Shown in pieces: positions 63,677 through 64,000 of a stretch of 64,000 nt of DNA. The notes beneath the pieces were generated by a model. It did not search any database, was not told the DNA's origin, and saw only the letters and a program-made list of their open reading frames with translations. The translations under genes were made by a program, and so were the position numbers. Where the stretch lies: NCBI GenBank assembly GCA_903900335.1, contig CAIUMP010000056.1, forward strand, positions 157,020 through 221,019, read 5' to 3'. The DNA comes from an uncultured Ignavibacteriota bacterium (lineage in GTDB: Bacteria; Bacteroidota; Ignavibacteria; Palsa-1295). The stretch's first letter is position 1, and the number at the start of each line of letters is the position of its first letter.

Positions 63677-64000
63677 TCACCCTTGAACCGTTCGCATCGT
63701 TGCAGCGGCATAGCGTTCGCCGACTACCTCGGTGTGAGGCACAGCGCGCTCAAGCTCCTCTATCTCGCTCGGTGTTAGTGTGACATCAGCAGCGGCGGCG
63801 TTCTCTTCGAGATAGGTGCGCCGCTTGGTGCCGGGAATCGGTATGATGTCTTCACCCTTTGCGAGCACCCACGCAAGCGCGAGTTGTCCCGCTGTGATGC
63901 CCTTCTTGTGGGCAATCGCGCGCACGCGTTCGACGAGCGCGAGATTCTTGTCGAACGCTTCACCCATGAAACGCGGGAATCGCATCGTGCGCGAATCTTT
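63677..64000 (-). CDS. aldo/keto reductase, C-terminal part (the gene continues past the window's right edge)
   Basis: The translation …FDKNLALVERVRAIAHKKGITAGQLALAWVLAKGEDIIPIPGTKRRTYLEENAAAADVTLTPSEIEELERAVP…* is the conserved AKR C-terminal region (IPGT.K…LEEN). The frame is open to the window end. Confidence 0.75.
   Translation of the reverse strand, partial: KDSRTMRFPRFMGEAFDKNLALVERVRAIAHKKGITAGQLALAWVLAKGEDIIPIPGTKRRTYLEENAAAADVTLTPSEIEELERAVPHTEVVGERYAAATMRTVQG

Noticed and set aside
1-64000. Search for CRISPR arrays, rRNA and tRNA genes
   Set aside because: No short regularly spaced direct repeats were seen. I found no rRNA-like conserved stretches and no cloverleaf-like tRNA candidates by eye. 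The longest non-coding gaps are 3857..4549, 12525..12842, 17159..17541, 21757..22111, 27382..27901, 30630..31072 and 61225..61501. A tRNAscan/Infernal run is needed to be definitive.

Overview
This is a 64-kb chromosomal segment from a moderately GC-rich bacterium whose cargo proteins carry type IX secretion (T9SS) C-terminal sorting domains. At least 7 such proteins, mostly BNR/Asp-box repeat proteins, occur in the window, which places the host in the Bacteroidetes/Ignavibacteria/Rhodothermaeota-like FCB group. The window spans the replication origin region. dnaA (28767..30629, minus strand) sits beside an AT-rich unwinding element with a cluster of 8/9-match DnaA boxes (27544..27782), and dnaA's original terminator lies just beyond. 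Between dnaA and oriC there is a DUF433/DUF5615 toxin-antitoxin-like cassette, bracketed by a diverged direct repeat of the last ~120 nt of dnaA. Housekeeping and metabolic genes present are uppP, a membrane-bound CCG-domain Fe-S oxidoreductase, ugd, anmK, and pstS-pstC-pstA with an upstream OprO/P-like porin. Also present are a fused 2-oxoacid dehydrogenase E1 alpha/beta, a beta-oxidation-like operon (acyl-CoA dehydrogenase, RidA, RDD, enoyl-CoA hydratase), an alpha-glucan phosphorylase and an AMP-dependent ligase. The accessory content is as follows.
(i) An AT-rich islet at 4.5-7.1 kb contains a truncated aldo/keto-reductase 3' remnant, a ribbon-helix-helix antitoxin-like gene, and a TIR-domain protein with an uncharacterised ~210-aa C-terminal domain. 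A convergent DUF2971 gene completes the islet. I consider this islet the best candidate for an undescribed defence/toxin module.
(ii) A 9-kb array of four co-oriented paralogous ~700-aa secreted repeat proteins is arranged as two duplicated, translationally coupled A/B gene pairs. The proteins have a tail-fibre-like N-terminal module, YadA-head-like Gly/Ser/Asn beta-roll repeats, and a conserved non-T9SS C-terminal domain.
(iii) A secreted BNR gene has its signal-peptide start separated from the body by a 1-nt frameshift inside a G10 homopolymer, consistent with phase variation or a sequencing error.
(iv) A 1207-aa membrane-anchored protein carries a ~600-aa Q/K/E/M-rich coiled-coil tail.
(v) pstC carries a ~140-aa Lys/Ala/Thr-rich insertion.
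(vi) A phage-tail-fibre-like secreted protein carries 29-residue tandem repeats.
No rRNA, tRNA or CRISPR array was recognised. Coordinates follow the supplied ORF track. Internal starts were re-derived from the sequence.
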